Of a stretch of DNA of 64,000 nt, positions 35,901 through 48,059 are shown piece after piece; the stretch's first letter is position 1, and each line of letters starts with the position of its first letter. The notes under the pieces were generated by a model, which worked only from the letters and a program-made list of their open reading frames with translations, had not been told where the DNA came from and searched no databases. Source of the stretch: Amphiscolops sp. MND2022 (taxonomy: Eukaryota). Made by a program: the position numbers and the translations under genes. Where the stretch lies: NCBI GenBank assembly GCA_964187785.1, contig OZ076409.1, positions 15,750,001-15,814,000 on the forward strand, in the 5' to 3' direction.

Positions 35901-38900
35901 TTATGAATACCAGGATGACTTCGAATCCAATACGTTTCAATTCAGTCATGTTCAAAGTCGGCTATGAGTCTGCTACTGATCCAATCTTTTCCAGCTTTGA
36001 AAAGAAGAAAATTAGGAGAGGAACTAATGACATTTCTCAAACAAAATTTGGATGTTTCTCAAACATAATACAAAATCTAGGAAATACATAATTGGAAAAT
36101 TCTCCACTGGGAAGTTTTTAGACGTTATTCGACGTACTTTCAGACGTAGATTTCAGAATTTATTTACGTTATTTGTCGTTTTTAAAAAATTTGACACTAT
36201 TTTACTTTTTGTATAGAAATTTTGTTGATCATTCCCAAACCTAGACGTTTTTTATACACAAGGGACATTTTTTGTCATAATTTTAGACGTTCTATGACAT
36301 TTGTCAGAGAATTTGCATCATTCCTGGTGACCATGGTCAAATAGGCCTTCTAACTAGATGGGACACGGTCGTTAACTGAAAATGGTTTTAATCGAATTTT
36401 TGACATGACCCTTGATAAGAATCTTGATAAAACCATGATCTTGCCATGATCTTGACAAGCGTTCCATGTATCATGATTAGACATGATCTTGGCAAGCGTA
36501 GCGTGTCTTCGATCGCCGGGTACAATATTTAAAATCGTCAAAAAGTGAACAAAGGGTAAAGCTTTTTCATTGAAGTTCAACCCAATTTCAGTTTTCACAG
36601 CTATCTTCATTTGGTTCCATGGGAATCTTTCAGGACAATTGTTTTGAACAGTAACGCTTTAAACAGCACAATCACTCAAAAAATACATAGGGTATCGACC
36701 TTTGCAAATTCGTGCAGATCTACAGGATTCTTTCTGCAGGGTTCTGCAAAGATCGTTGCACTGAATCTTGAAGAAGCAAACAGATCTGCAGAATCTTTAC
36801 AGAAGTTTACAGTTTTTCTTTGAAATTTTTGCAAAAATATGTTTTTCTGCAGCTTCTAAGGAACCAATATACACAATTTTGGACTTCTTCAACTACTTTA
36901 TCAAGTATATTAGCTGACCAAGGCTAAATCAGTTGAAACGCTACATCACTCAAAATTGTCGAGAAGGGAAATTTGTCCCCAACACGGTAATTTTGGTGAT
37001 CGGGGAATGTGTGTTATTTGTTATACACAGTAATTTATCCATTTAACTTGAACTTTCCAGAAGTGGTTGATGAACTTCGATAGGCTCGTTTGCCATATTG
37101 ACTTCGTTTTAATAGATAATATTTAGCTACCTTTGTGGCAACCTTCTGGGATTGAAGGATTAAATATGGCAACCTTCTGGGTTGGAAGATGTGTTGATGA
37201 AGTGTTGCTGTTGTAATATGTCGGGAAAATGATTTGTTGGCGTAGTATTATCATTTGCTGGTGACTCGGAATACGCGGTACTAATTTATTGGTCATTGTT
37301 TGGGTCTGTAAAGATCTGTAATCCCTACAGATCTGTACAGATTGCTGCAGAAAAATTTTTGATCATTTTGATATAAGTGAGACTTCCCTCCAGTTTAAAC
37401 TTTTTTATTCGTTTGAAGTCACTATGGAGTTTTTAACGTTTTTGAGTAGGTCGTTTTTTTTCGAATCCGCACACATCTGCAATGTCTGCACAGATTCGCA
37501 AAGATCGAAAACCTGGGAAACAAACATGACTTAAAAACAGTCGAATACTTTTTGATGATCAAACTAAGGACTAGATAAACCCCTTAGGGCAGTCCTGCAT
37601 CTGGCCGATTGCTTATAGTTATGGGTTCTCATATAAAACTATATATTAATTTCATGACTAAAAACATGTGTTGACAAAACATATATATATAAACAGTATA
37701 GTTGTTTGAGTTCCAGGCTAGCTCGAGAAACTGTTGATCAAACCGGAAACCAAATAAGAAACCGGAAATTGATTGTTTTGAAACTGCCAGCATAGCATTT
37801 GTAATGGCACCCTCTGAGACAGCAAAATCAGTCGATATTGGAATTTTGGAATTGTGACATGTTCAGAAATTTTGTCAAAAATTCTAATTCGATGTTTGAC
37901 GTGGCACTGAGCATGTGATTGCTCTTTTCGCTGTTTCAACGAAATTGGCAGGTACTTCGACAACAAAGAGCAAGATCGAGAAAAAACATAAGGCCAGCTG
38001 CCCGAACAGACGCCAGAGACTGCAAAAACCTCTGAAATTAGACTCTTTCGAAGGTGCTAACCTTGATTTCATCAGTATGCTACCTTAAGTAGCGAAAACC
38101 GTAAAAATGAGTCTTTTCGTCTAATTCACAAATCTGTGCTTGTGGTGCCCCAGCTTGCGAGCTGAATGTGGATGTTGCCAAATCGCTGTTGTGGACGAGA
38201 TTGCTGCACATTGTTGTAAGTTTATGGCTATTTTGACAATTTTAGATCTTATTTCGTAATTTTAGATATTGCCCAAGTCACCCTGAATAACGAAAATTTA
38301 ACATAATTTCCTTTTGGAACGTTTTTAAAGGCTGTCTAAGTGTTGGTTTCGAAGAAAAAGCGTAATGCGCACTACTGATAGCAATTACAGACTGGATCAG
38401 GCCGGCGAGCACTTCACAAGAAGCGGAATCCTCCTCTGACGGGACAGTTTTTACCCGAAAGAGGCAAAATGAGCTCATGGTCATGGGCGCCTGTCCCGGG
38501 CAAATACCCATATCATGTGTTCCTCTAACTCTTATGGTTACGGCGACAATGGTGAGAGCTTGTCGTTACATAGAGACATCATTTTTTGGCGACCACAGAG
38601 GGATCGCTTCGAAGTGCTTCCCTTAATGGTTTTAAAAGAGCCGACCCTCTGGTGATTGACGCCAAGTACGACCTGGCTCTGGTTGGAGAAGTTTACGCAG
38701 AGTTTTCCTTCATTTTTTAAAGTTTGATGTATTGACAGGTTTACTGTGGCAGATCTTCTGTCCGTTTTTCAGGTGACTTTCCCAAGTACCGATGGTTTAT
38801 TAGTAAACGGTATTTGTTGACAGGTATCGTCTAAAATTGCAAGGTTCCCATCAGCGGGTCCTCTTTTTAGAAGCGTAGTGGACAGTAGCACGTCGCTACT

Positions 38901-39689
38901 GGTGTTTAACAGGTTTTCTAGCTGTTTTCAGTGATTTGCGCTTATGTACGAGAGGTGAAATTGATGGTTGAACCATGTTCCATCCGATTGATAGATGAGC
39001 TGAAACGAGTGTTCCCGACTCTCCTTTCCCATTTCTCGTGGAGACGTCCTAGAGGAATGGTTTTCGGTGAATAGGTAGAACAAGTGCTGACGTTGCCGAC
39101 GGTCCCAACCGTTTTTCTCTAGCTGGTCTGGGTGTTGAGAAAAAAGTCGGCGAAGGTACCACCCCTCAGTCCAGAAGTATCAATTTTTCGGAGTATGGTA
39201 TGAAAAAATTTTTCGATTGTGTAATTTTCGAAGGGGAATCGTTTGCTCATGCTAGTTTTTCCTTGTTGCAACTTAGTGTGTGCTTTTGCAGCCGTTTTCA
39301 GTGAGAAAAGTCCGATTTTGGGTGCAAAAGTAGCAAAAACGTCACTTTTGGCATTTTTGAGTGTTTTTCTTGGTACGAGCGCGAGCGCTCGAGGTATTAG
39401 TCACAACAGTTACAAAAATGTATGGGAAGTAGCCCAAGACCTCTAGGGTACTGCTACATGATGTATTGTCCACCAGAAAAGGCGTTGGAGTCCCTTTTTG
39501 GACGCATTTTGTATGAAAAAACTCGATTTTTGGCGAAATTGGCAAAAAACCACTTTGAAATGCTACCTGAAGAATGCTGGATAGCACTGCAATCGCCTCT
39601 TCTGTGCTGCTAAAAGCTTGGGGCACCTTCCACGGCACAGAAATTAACGTTTGAGTAGGTTTTTTACGTTTTCATAACAGAAAAAATTT

Positions 39690-40060
39690 GAAAAACCTTG
39701 ATTTTTGGCCAGTTTCAGGAGTGCCAGAGTGCATAATTAAAACCTCTAGGGCACTTAGTGTTTTCGAGTCCTGGGAGCCTAAGCGCTCTCATTTTCTGTT
39801 TGTGTAATAAAATTAACGCATTGTGGTGAAAACCGCATGCAAAAATTCCTTTTCAGTGCTGAGAAAAGTTGAAAAACGTTGATTTTTAGTCTGTTTCAGG
39901 AGTGTCTGAGTACACAATTAAAACCCCCTGGGCACTCTGTGTTTTTGTTAGCTAGGAGCCTATGCGCTCTCATTTCCTGTTTTTCTAAAAAAAATAACGT
40001 GTAGTGGTGAAAACCGCACGTAAAGACTCCCATTCAGTGCTGAGAAAAGTGGAAAAACGC
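39690..40060 (+). repeat. Diverged ~181-bp tandem duplication inside element B
   Basis: TTTCAGGAGTG..GCGCTCTCATTT..GTGGTGAAAACCGCA..CAGTGCTGAGAAAAGT occurs twice. Confidence 0.8.
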
Positions 40061-43000
40061 ACTGAATTTGATCAATTTTCCACAAAACCGGACTGTCTCT
40101 GAGCTAGGGTCGGGTCATCGATTCCTGAACCCTAGCCAAAAAGTGGTTGCATTTTCGTAACCACCACCAAAATTAACGTTAGTGCCGAAAATTTGGTGAG
40201 CGTATTGGTCACCAAAGTCGAGAAAAGCTCTCTGACGTTTCGACTTCAGAGAAGCGTAAAAGGACCGAAAAAACCCAAAACTGCAGGACTGTCAGTGCCT
40301 TATACCCAACGGGCACAACCAATTGAGGGTTTATCCCAGTGCTACGGATAGTGGGGCAACACGTTGGTCTCATTTTGCCCGCCGTATCACTTTCTGAGGT
40401 GATCCTCTTGGTCAATTTGTAAAAAAAGTTGTCAAAAACAGTGTTTTTTCGAGTGCAAAGTCCATCTTGGGTCGAAACCTTAAATAAGCGCTCGCGCTTC
40501 AATTCGACCATATCAGTGGCATTGTAGGTGCCCACTGGCATAGACTACCAAGTTTGGTGCCGATCTGTGTGATACTTGTTGAGAAAAAAGGAAAAACGTG
40601 GCACACAAAAAGGTGCGCAAAAAGGCACTTTTTTCTTAATTTTTCCAAGTAACCCGGGCACCTTAGCCAACGGGTGGGGGTATATTGCAGCCCATCATTG
40701 TAACTTGTGCTAGTTGCTACGTTGTTGCAGAGATTTTGAGCTTCCTAGCTCTTTCCAGTGGACCGTAGTCTTGAAAAAGACGTGAAAAACAGTGTATTTC
40801 GATACATAGTGGTACCGCACGTTTGTACCTAGGTGAAACTGTGTAGAAGCGGCGCAGCTCAAAACTGTGTTCATTTTCGCAAACCTACGTTTACTTAAGA
40901 TTTGCTGGTCAATTTTGGGCTTGATACGGCGCTTCCAGCGCACACACGAGCCTCTTGAGTGTTGTGGTGCGATTTTTGGAAAATCCAAAAATTCTTTGAA
41001 ATTCTTCCTGTGGGTGACTGGAGACTTTTTGCCCTAAACCAGGTTAATTTTCTGGCCCAGTGTGCTTGTGGGAAAGCGCTGTGCAAGTTTGAACAGCCTA
41101 CGAGCCTTAGAACGTGTTTTGAAAAATCTTGGACGTTGAAAAACATCAATTTTCTTAAGTCTTCACCGAGACGAGCAGAGGTCCAAATCCTTGAGGAGAC
41201 CCCCTACAAGCCTACCAGCGTCTGTTTCACTATTCTAACAGCGTGGTTGGTGCCCACTGGCAGCGCCTGCCAAGTTTGGGATCAATTGGTACTGTATCTG
41301 TTGAGAAATTGACTAAAACGAACTACACAAGAAGGTGCGCAAGAAGGCGAATTCTACGAAGTCTTGTGGGATTGCCTGAACACCCTATTCAAAGAATTCG
41401 GCCAAATTGCTGCCCACTATCGTAACCAGTGCAAGTTTGTCGTATTGTTGCCGAAAAACGAGCGTGAGCGCTCTTTCCAGTTCGCCAGAATCTGGGTTGA
41501 CACGTGAAAAACAGTACATCTTGGAACACAGTGATACCGAACGTCTGTACTGTGTTGAAACTTCACCTAGTCATCTCAGCACAAATCAACTATTATTCCC
41601 GTGTACCTCAACTTACGTGGGATTGTGTGGTTGATTTTGAAGTCGATCCTGCGTTTCTGACTTGTGACTGGATCCCAGGACCCAATTCTGGACTCACTTA
41701 CTGGGTCAGTGCATCAATCCAGAAGAGCTGTATACCTTTCAGCACGCTACAACCCTTGAAACTAATTTCGACTCCTCTTGGACGTGCATATTCATTGTTT
41801 CAGTTCAAGGGTCCACCGAGACGAAAACGAGGAAAGTGGGAAAAAAGTCATTTCTGCGTGTTGGAAACCTGTAGAAACCCCTAGTTTGACCTCCCAGTAG
41901 TTCGTTCATTGCTGTGCGTGTGATATTTGATCAGTATCGAGTGGGCTGCCTTGCTGGATCATAGCATTTTGTTACTTGATGTTGTGATATCCTGTGTATT
42001 GTAACGAATTGGATCATTTTTTGGGACTGGCGGCGCACCTGCTTGGAAAGTTGGGATTACATGGGATTACATTGCCCTGGACTATTCTTACTGGTGTCAG
42101 TTGGTGCACCGTTACCGAAAAAGTGAGCTTGAGAGCTCAGCACTGTGGACTAGAGTCTTTGGTTGCACGTGAAAAACCGAGTCAATTGAGATACGGTGAT
42201 ACGGCAAGCCTGTACAGCATCTGCAACTCATTCAACAGTCTGAGCACCAATTACTGCTCGTTACAGTGTACCTGGCTATACGTGGAACCGCGTGGCCAAT
42301 TTTGAGCCCGATCTTACGTTTCCAGACTTGGTACGAGCCACTTGAGTAATTTTCTAAAGATTTTGAAATTTTCAAAAATTGTTAAAAAACACTCTAGCTT
42401 GTAGCTGGAAGTAATTATCAGCCTCGGTAAGTTCTCTTTCCAACTTTTGTAACTGAAGAAACGTGCTGTGCAATTTTCTACCCAGTACGTCTGATAAAAC
42501 TGATTTTGACTGTGCCCAGGCACGCATTTTGGCCAAAATTCCGAAAAACCGTAAAAAAAAACGAAACAGAAAAACTCAGTACTCCCACTATACGGAAGGC
42601 AGAGACCAAAAGCCTTCATTTTCTAACCAAAGGGACCTAGAAGGCCTTCCTGGGTGCAAACGAGGCAAATCCCACGGTTCAAAAAAATTGCCGGCAGGGG
42701 TCATAAATTTTGGACTCCTCTGAGACTTTGAAATTTGCCGCTGAAAAGCCCAATTCAGCAATTTCAAGTGCCTGCGACGAACTCTGGACTACATTTTCCC
42801 AACCGAAAACCTGTATATATTACGCTGTGAGCCTGAGCAGGGTTTTCGATATCCAAAGGAGACCCTGAGGATTCCCACTTAGTCAAAATTACGAGATTTT
42901 GAGAGGAGCAACCTTCTAGTGACAATATTTTGACCGGCTTGCCCGAGTGTGAAGCCTTTGTGAACACTCTGGTTCCTCTATTTGGTGTTATTCAGCAGTA

Positions 43001-43310
43001 TCGAGTAGCACAAGCATCGAATATCACGTCAAATTTGCAGAGAACTCTTTTGGGTAATCACAATATACCCGAATCCATCGAGGTTGAGAGGTCACTAAAC
43101 CACTCGACTGTCTTTTTGGTGCGCACTATCCAACTTGGCTGCAGCAATTTGCTCGAGAACAACATCTTTTGGCCCACTGAGCAGCTTGCAAAGCGTTAAA
43201 CAGTTTTCAGTCAGCTGTGATTGCTAGAACTTCCCTTGACTTTGACCCTGACACTTAATTTGGATACACAGGTGGTTCTAGTGAAGCAGTTCGGAATCTC
43301 GAAAGCTGAA

Positions 43311-44603
43311 ATGAAACGTTGGAAAGTCTTCCACCGCCTCCGTTCCTTTTTCAAAGGAAAAGAGGGTGTCAATGCAGCACAACCAATTAATGTTCATGAT
43401 GTTCAAACTCAAAATGAATCCCCAATGGCAGATGAACATGACCGATCGACGAAGTTAGAGGATTTGAAGTTGGAAGATTGGCCTTTGGAGGATCGTTTCA
43501 AACTTTTCTCCGATTTTCTAGACTCAATGCCATCTAAAACTCAGGATACCGAACCGGAGATTAGCATAAAGACTTCCAGTCCTAGTTCAGTATCGTCGTC
43601 AAAAGGATTCCCTCTCCATGAAACCAGTATTCAGACTTATCAGAAACAGGATCAACAATTAGACGCCCTGGAGCAGCAGATGGATGAATTATCAATCTTG
43701 TTGGCACAAAATGAGATACGTAGGAAGAAATTGTTTGCACGAGTGCTAGCACAAATGCAGTCGATAAATGCAGATGTGCAAATACACCTCAGAAGTGCCA
43801 CTATCAATATTTCAAACGACGCCGAAGCAGAACCAATGACACAGCCAACAAAAGACATGGGGCTGGAACCAATATCTTTGGACACCACAACCATGAGTAT
43901 TGCTGACACTTTGCCTGAATATCACGCCGGTGACAATGGGTTGCTCGAGAGCAACCTCTACTCAAGTGATACAAAAAATGAACGAATATCAGTCTCACCC
44001 TCCCTTTCCTTATCGCAGAATTCTGTAAGCAACTCTCACTTCCCTGGAACAAATTCCCTATTATTCACTTCGCAGTTGCTGCCGAGTTTGCTGACACATT
44101 ATCTTGAGCAAACTTCTGCTGTACGTGGTCTACAGGATTATATTCAGGTGGACCAGCCAATCTTTATCAAATGGTTGCATAGTGGTTCAACCAAATCTCG
44201 ACCGATTGGACATAGACGTGGTCGACCACCGCGGACTTCTGGTGAACTCTCATGGCATGAAGTTCTGCTCTCGTTTCATCGTAGACGTCGCCGTGGCCGT
44301 CCACCACGCTCAGTTCTCTTACTACCATGGTCGCATCGACCGAAGGGACATAGGCGTGGCCGACCTCCGAACAATTATCACAGTCTTGAGACAGACCCAG
44401 CCTCAGTTTTCTTTTTTGAATGTCCTGATATTTCATGCTTTTTGAATATCCTGCTGCTATTAAATAATGATGCCTATCCACAACCCGAGCTACACTCCAT
44501 TTCGTTTCAAGGGGGGAGGAGGTGTCATCAAAGCTCAACTTATCATTCTGCAATTTTTGTGTCGGGCATTCAAGTTTGTCTATTCCTCGCTATCCTCATA
44601 TGA
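43311..44603 (+). CDS. 430-aa ORF of unknown function: coiled coil, Ser-rich region, three RRGRPP motifs
   Basis: Uninterrupted frame from ATG 43311. Heptad-like QQLDALEQQMDELSILLAQNEIRRKK; RRGRPP at ~44215, ~44290 and ~44352. Confidence 0.55.
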   Translation: MKRWKVFHRLRSFFKGKEGVNAAQPINVHDVQTQNESPMADEHDRSTKLEDLKLEDWPLEDRFKLFSDFLDSMPSKTQDTEPEISIKTSSPSSVSSSKGFPLHETSIQTYQKQDQQLDALEQQMDELSILLAQNEIRRKKLFARVLAQMQSINADVQIHLRSATINISNDAEAEPMTQPTKDMGLEPISLDTTTMSIADTLPEYHAGDNGLLESNLYSSDTKNERISVSPSLSLSQNSVSNSHFPGTNSLLFTSQLLPSLLTHYLEQTSAVRGLQDYIQVDQPIFIKWLHSGSTKSRPIGHRRGRPPRTSGELSWHEVLLSFHRRRRRGRPPRSVLLLPWSHRPKGHRRGRPPNNYHSLETDPASVFFFECPDISCFLNILLLLNNDAYPQPELHSISFQGGRRCHQSSTYHSAIFVSGIQVCLFLAILI

Positions 44604-46636
44604 AAAAGACTGCTCATCGATTAAGGCCTGGGGAGTTGACTAAAGTCCGGGGAGTCTCATTGAGAGACAACACTCTATTCTCTACATTCCACGCTGACCA
44701 CCCACGGAATTTGCCACAATCTAAAGTAATGAAATCCTGACCGCACGTTACTTTCAATCGATTCTGATGTATACGATCACAGCTTGATAAAAAAAAACTT
44801 TGTTTTTTGTTTCTCGTAAAATTTATTCGATATAACATTTTCAAGGCTATCAGCGAGGCTTAAAAAAAACAAAGAAAACAAAAAAAAAACAAAAAAAAGC
44901 AAAAAAAGAAACATAAAAGTCCTCGTCAGTGCAACTTTGGCCAGATGCTCTTTCTTATAGTTTCTTCTTTAATTTCGTTATCTCTATAGTTATACTCCTT
45001 GAAGTTTCAATGTTAATTTTCTTTTGATTCAGTGGCTTTTCTACGGAATAACTTGTTTAATGGAGCTCATTAGCCCCGAAATTTTCAATTACAGAACCTT
45101 GTCTATTTTTGTCTCAGTGCTAAATCTCACATGCAGTCATTTGATAATTCGCCTTTCATACTCTCCTCAACGGATGCTACTGATTTTTGTTTTGGTATCG
45201 AGCTGCCCATCAGTGCGTGCTGCCCAAACCTAGCCAAACCTTGAACAAAAAATATCAGAAACTACCTGTTTTCCTTTTAAACAGTGGTTTTTCCGCTGAA
45301 AAGAAGTTTTACTGAAAACAAGTTTTAACTGTTCTGCAAACTGAATTTTTACTGGCGTAGAAAAGAAATTTTTGGAAGAAACCGCGCCAGAGAGCCCCAG
45401 GGCTCCAAACAAAATTCTTGAACCACAAAAACATCAGTGCTATCAAGATCCTATCCAAATTTAGTACAAAAAACTTTGCCAATTGAATGATGCTCTTAGA
45501 TTGATATATAGATTAAAGATTATGATTTGTTTGAAGGTGCATTTTGAGTGCTCGTTTTCTAGCCCCAGGGCTTGCTCCAGTAACAGCAGCCAGTGAATAA
45601 AGCAGGCTCGATAGATCGCAAGAAACAAAACCTCATTATTGCCCCAAACAGCAAAAGATGATTGTGACACAACTCCGATGCAAAATCACCAGTTTGAACT
45701 CCCAGTCGATTTCAATGATGATGTGGAGATGTTTCAATGCCAGCTTCTCCGCATGACAGGGACGTCATGCATAAAGTCCGGGGAGTATGTAATGGCACCC
45801 TCTGAGACAGCAAAATCAGTCGATATTGGAATTTTGGAATTGTGACATGTTCAGAAATTTTGTCAAAAATTCTAATTCGATGTTTGACGTGGCACTGAGC
45901 ATGTGATTGCTCTTTTCGCTGTTTCAACGAAATTGGCAGGTACTTCGACAACAAAGAGCAAGATCGAGAAAAAACATAAGACCAGCTGCCCGAACAGACG
46001 CCAGAGACTGCAAAAACCTCTGAAATTAGACTCTTTCGAAGGTGCTAACCTTGATTTCAGCAGTATGCTACCTTAAGTAGCGAAAACCGTAAAAATGAGT
46101 CTTTTCGTCTAATTCACAAATCTGTGCTTGTGGTGCCCCAGCTTGCGAGCTGAATGTGGATGTTGCCAAATCGCTGTTGTGGACGAGATTGCTGCACATT
46201 GTTGTAAGTTTATGGCTATTTTGACAATTTTAGATCTTACTTCGTAATTTTAGATATTGCCCAAGTCACCCTGAATAACGAAAATTTAACATAATTTCCT
46301 TTTGGAACGTTTTTAAAGGCTGTCTAAGTGTTGGTTTCGAAGAAAAAGCGTAATGCGCACTACTGATAGCAATTACAGACTGGATCAGGCCGGCGAGCAC
46401 TTCACAAGAAGCGGAATCCTCCTCTGACGGGACAGTTTTTACCCGTAAAAAAGCACAGTATAGTTGTTTGAGTTCCAGGCTAGCTCGAGAAACTGTTGAT
46501 GAAACCGGAAACCAAATAAGAAACCGGAAATTGATTGTTTTGAAACTGTCAGCATAGCATTTTTATCGCAGGTAGATCTCAAATTTCGAACGTTGCAGTC
46601 TTCATTCTTGTTCCACATTCATTATTTGTATTCAAC

Positions 46637-47633
46637 ATGGCTCCAAGAACCTCCACGTCCAATCAAAAACTGATCATTCGCTTTTACCTTGAGGAGAAAC
46701 ACAACAGGCAATAGTCGATAAGATGGATACAAATAAGAGCTCAGTCACCCACAAGTATAAACAGACCGGGTCAATAAAAGCCAAATAACAGCCAGGACAC
46801 CGGTGTCAAGGTCTTAGGTTAATAGGAGAGCTGTGAGAGAGTTGGTGCAACTTTCTGTCCTTTGCCCACGTTTGACTGCTTCACGACCCAAATTGAACTG
46901 AAGCATGGGACTTTTGTATACAGTGTTTGGTGTTAAACAAACTATGAGCAGTCAAGGACTTTTCGGACGCATAGCCGAACGTGAGGGGCAGATGACATCA
47001 ATTCACTGAAAAAACCGTGTGCGATGGTGCCACACAATGAAACGGAATTCGAGGACAGATTTCCGGAAGTAGGTGTCTATTGTCGAATCAAATTTTGAGA
47101 TGGTTAGCCAACGTCGCCAATTTGTGAGGCAACCAAGGGGCCCTGTTGAAACGAGATTGATGCATCAGTATCTGATGAAGGCTACAGAGGACAATTCAAA
47201 AAAATAATGGTTTTGGGGCGATATGGTCGTCCGGCATGCGTGTGCTAGTTAGGGTCACTGAGACACTCAATGCTGAAGGTTGCCAGCAACTCCTTTTCAA
47301 TACTTTGTTCCGATTTAGGACCACGACCATTTGTTGTTCCAAGAAAATGCTACCGCCACAAAGCTGCGTCCACGACGGATTTTCTTCACAAGAATGAAAT
47401 AATGATAGTTAACAATTGGCCAGCACCATCTCCCGACTTAAGTGTGATTGAAAATATGTGGAAGATGGTATGCGATCGGGGGTCAAACTTGTGAAAAAAT
47501 TGATCTTCTATTGCAATCTATCAAACGTGAATTTGGTGCAAATCCTGACGTGGTTGTCCAACATTTGTTAGATTCAATTCCCAATCGCATCAAGGCAGTT
47601 TTCAAGAACAAGGGATATCGCATCAAGTATTAA
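46637..47633 (+). pseudogene. Tc1-family transposase remnant
   Basis: NWPAPSPDLSVIENMW matches the Tc1 WPxxSPDLNPIENxW motif; C-terminal LLDSIPNRIKAVFKNKGYRIKY; many stops and frameshifts. Confidence 0.85.
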
Positions 47634-48059
47634 TACTATGATTGACCACCCAGTCTGATATTTTAAAGTTCCAGCTCTTTGAATCTTTTTTCTTCACAAT
47701 TAACCTGGTTTTCAACTCTTGCATTGAATTCTAATGACGGTATTGTACATGGGTATATATTGATAACAACTTGAGTATACGATATGATACAAATATAATA
47801 CTATGGGGGCGTTCATGTACGTCTGACTATATTGATCAAGAAAGGTATCTGGTTGGCTACTACATGAGCCAACAACGCGGCAACTGAACTAAAGCTTCAC
47901 TTATAATTAATATTACCGCAAGTCTTAGTATTGGTTTATGCAATAACAACATGTGCGAAATTCTACACGTAAGGGTAAAAGTACAGTTTTGGTGAAAAAT
48001 TTCAGTTGATTAGATGCAGTCTGATAGACATTTAATACAAGTTATTATAGAGACAAATT

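Larger units (their letters stand above)
37800..46445 (+). mobile_element. LTR retroelement B, non-autonomous (LARD-like), 3' LTR truncated
   Basis: 5' LTR 37800-38570 (771 bp, TGTAATG..CGTTACA). PBS TGGCGACCACAGAGGGAT at 38587. PPT-like GGGGAGTA before the 3' LTR 45788-46445 (three differences seen in 658 bp). No gag or pol motifs inside. Confidence 0.92.

Noticed and set aside
35222..36110. ~90-bp direct repeat (35222-35300 vs 36013-36090) as LTRs of a mini-element
   Set aside because: No TG..CA ends, PBS or PPT.
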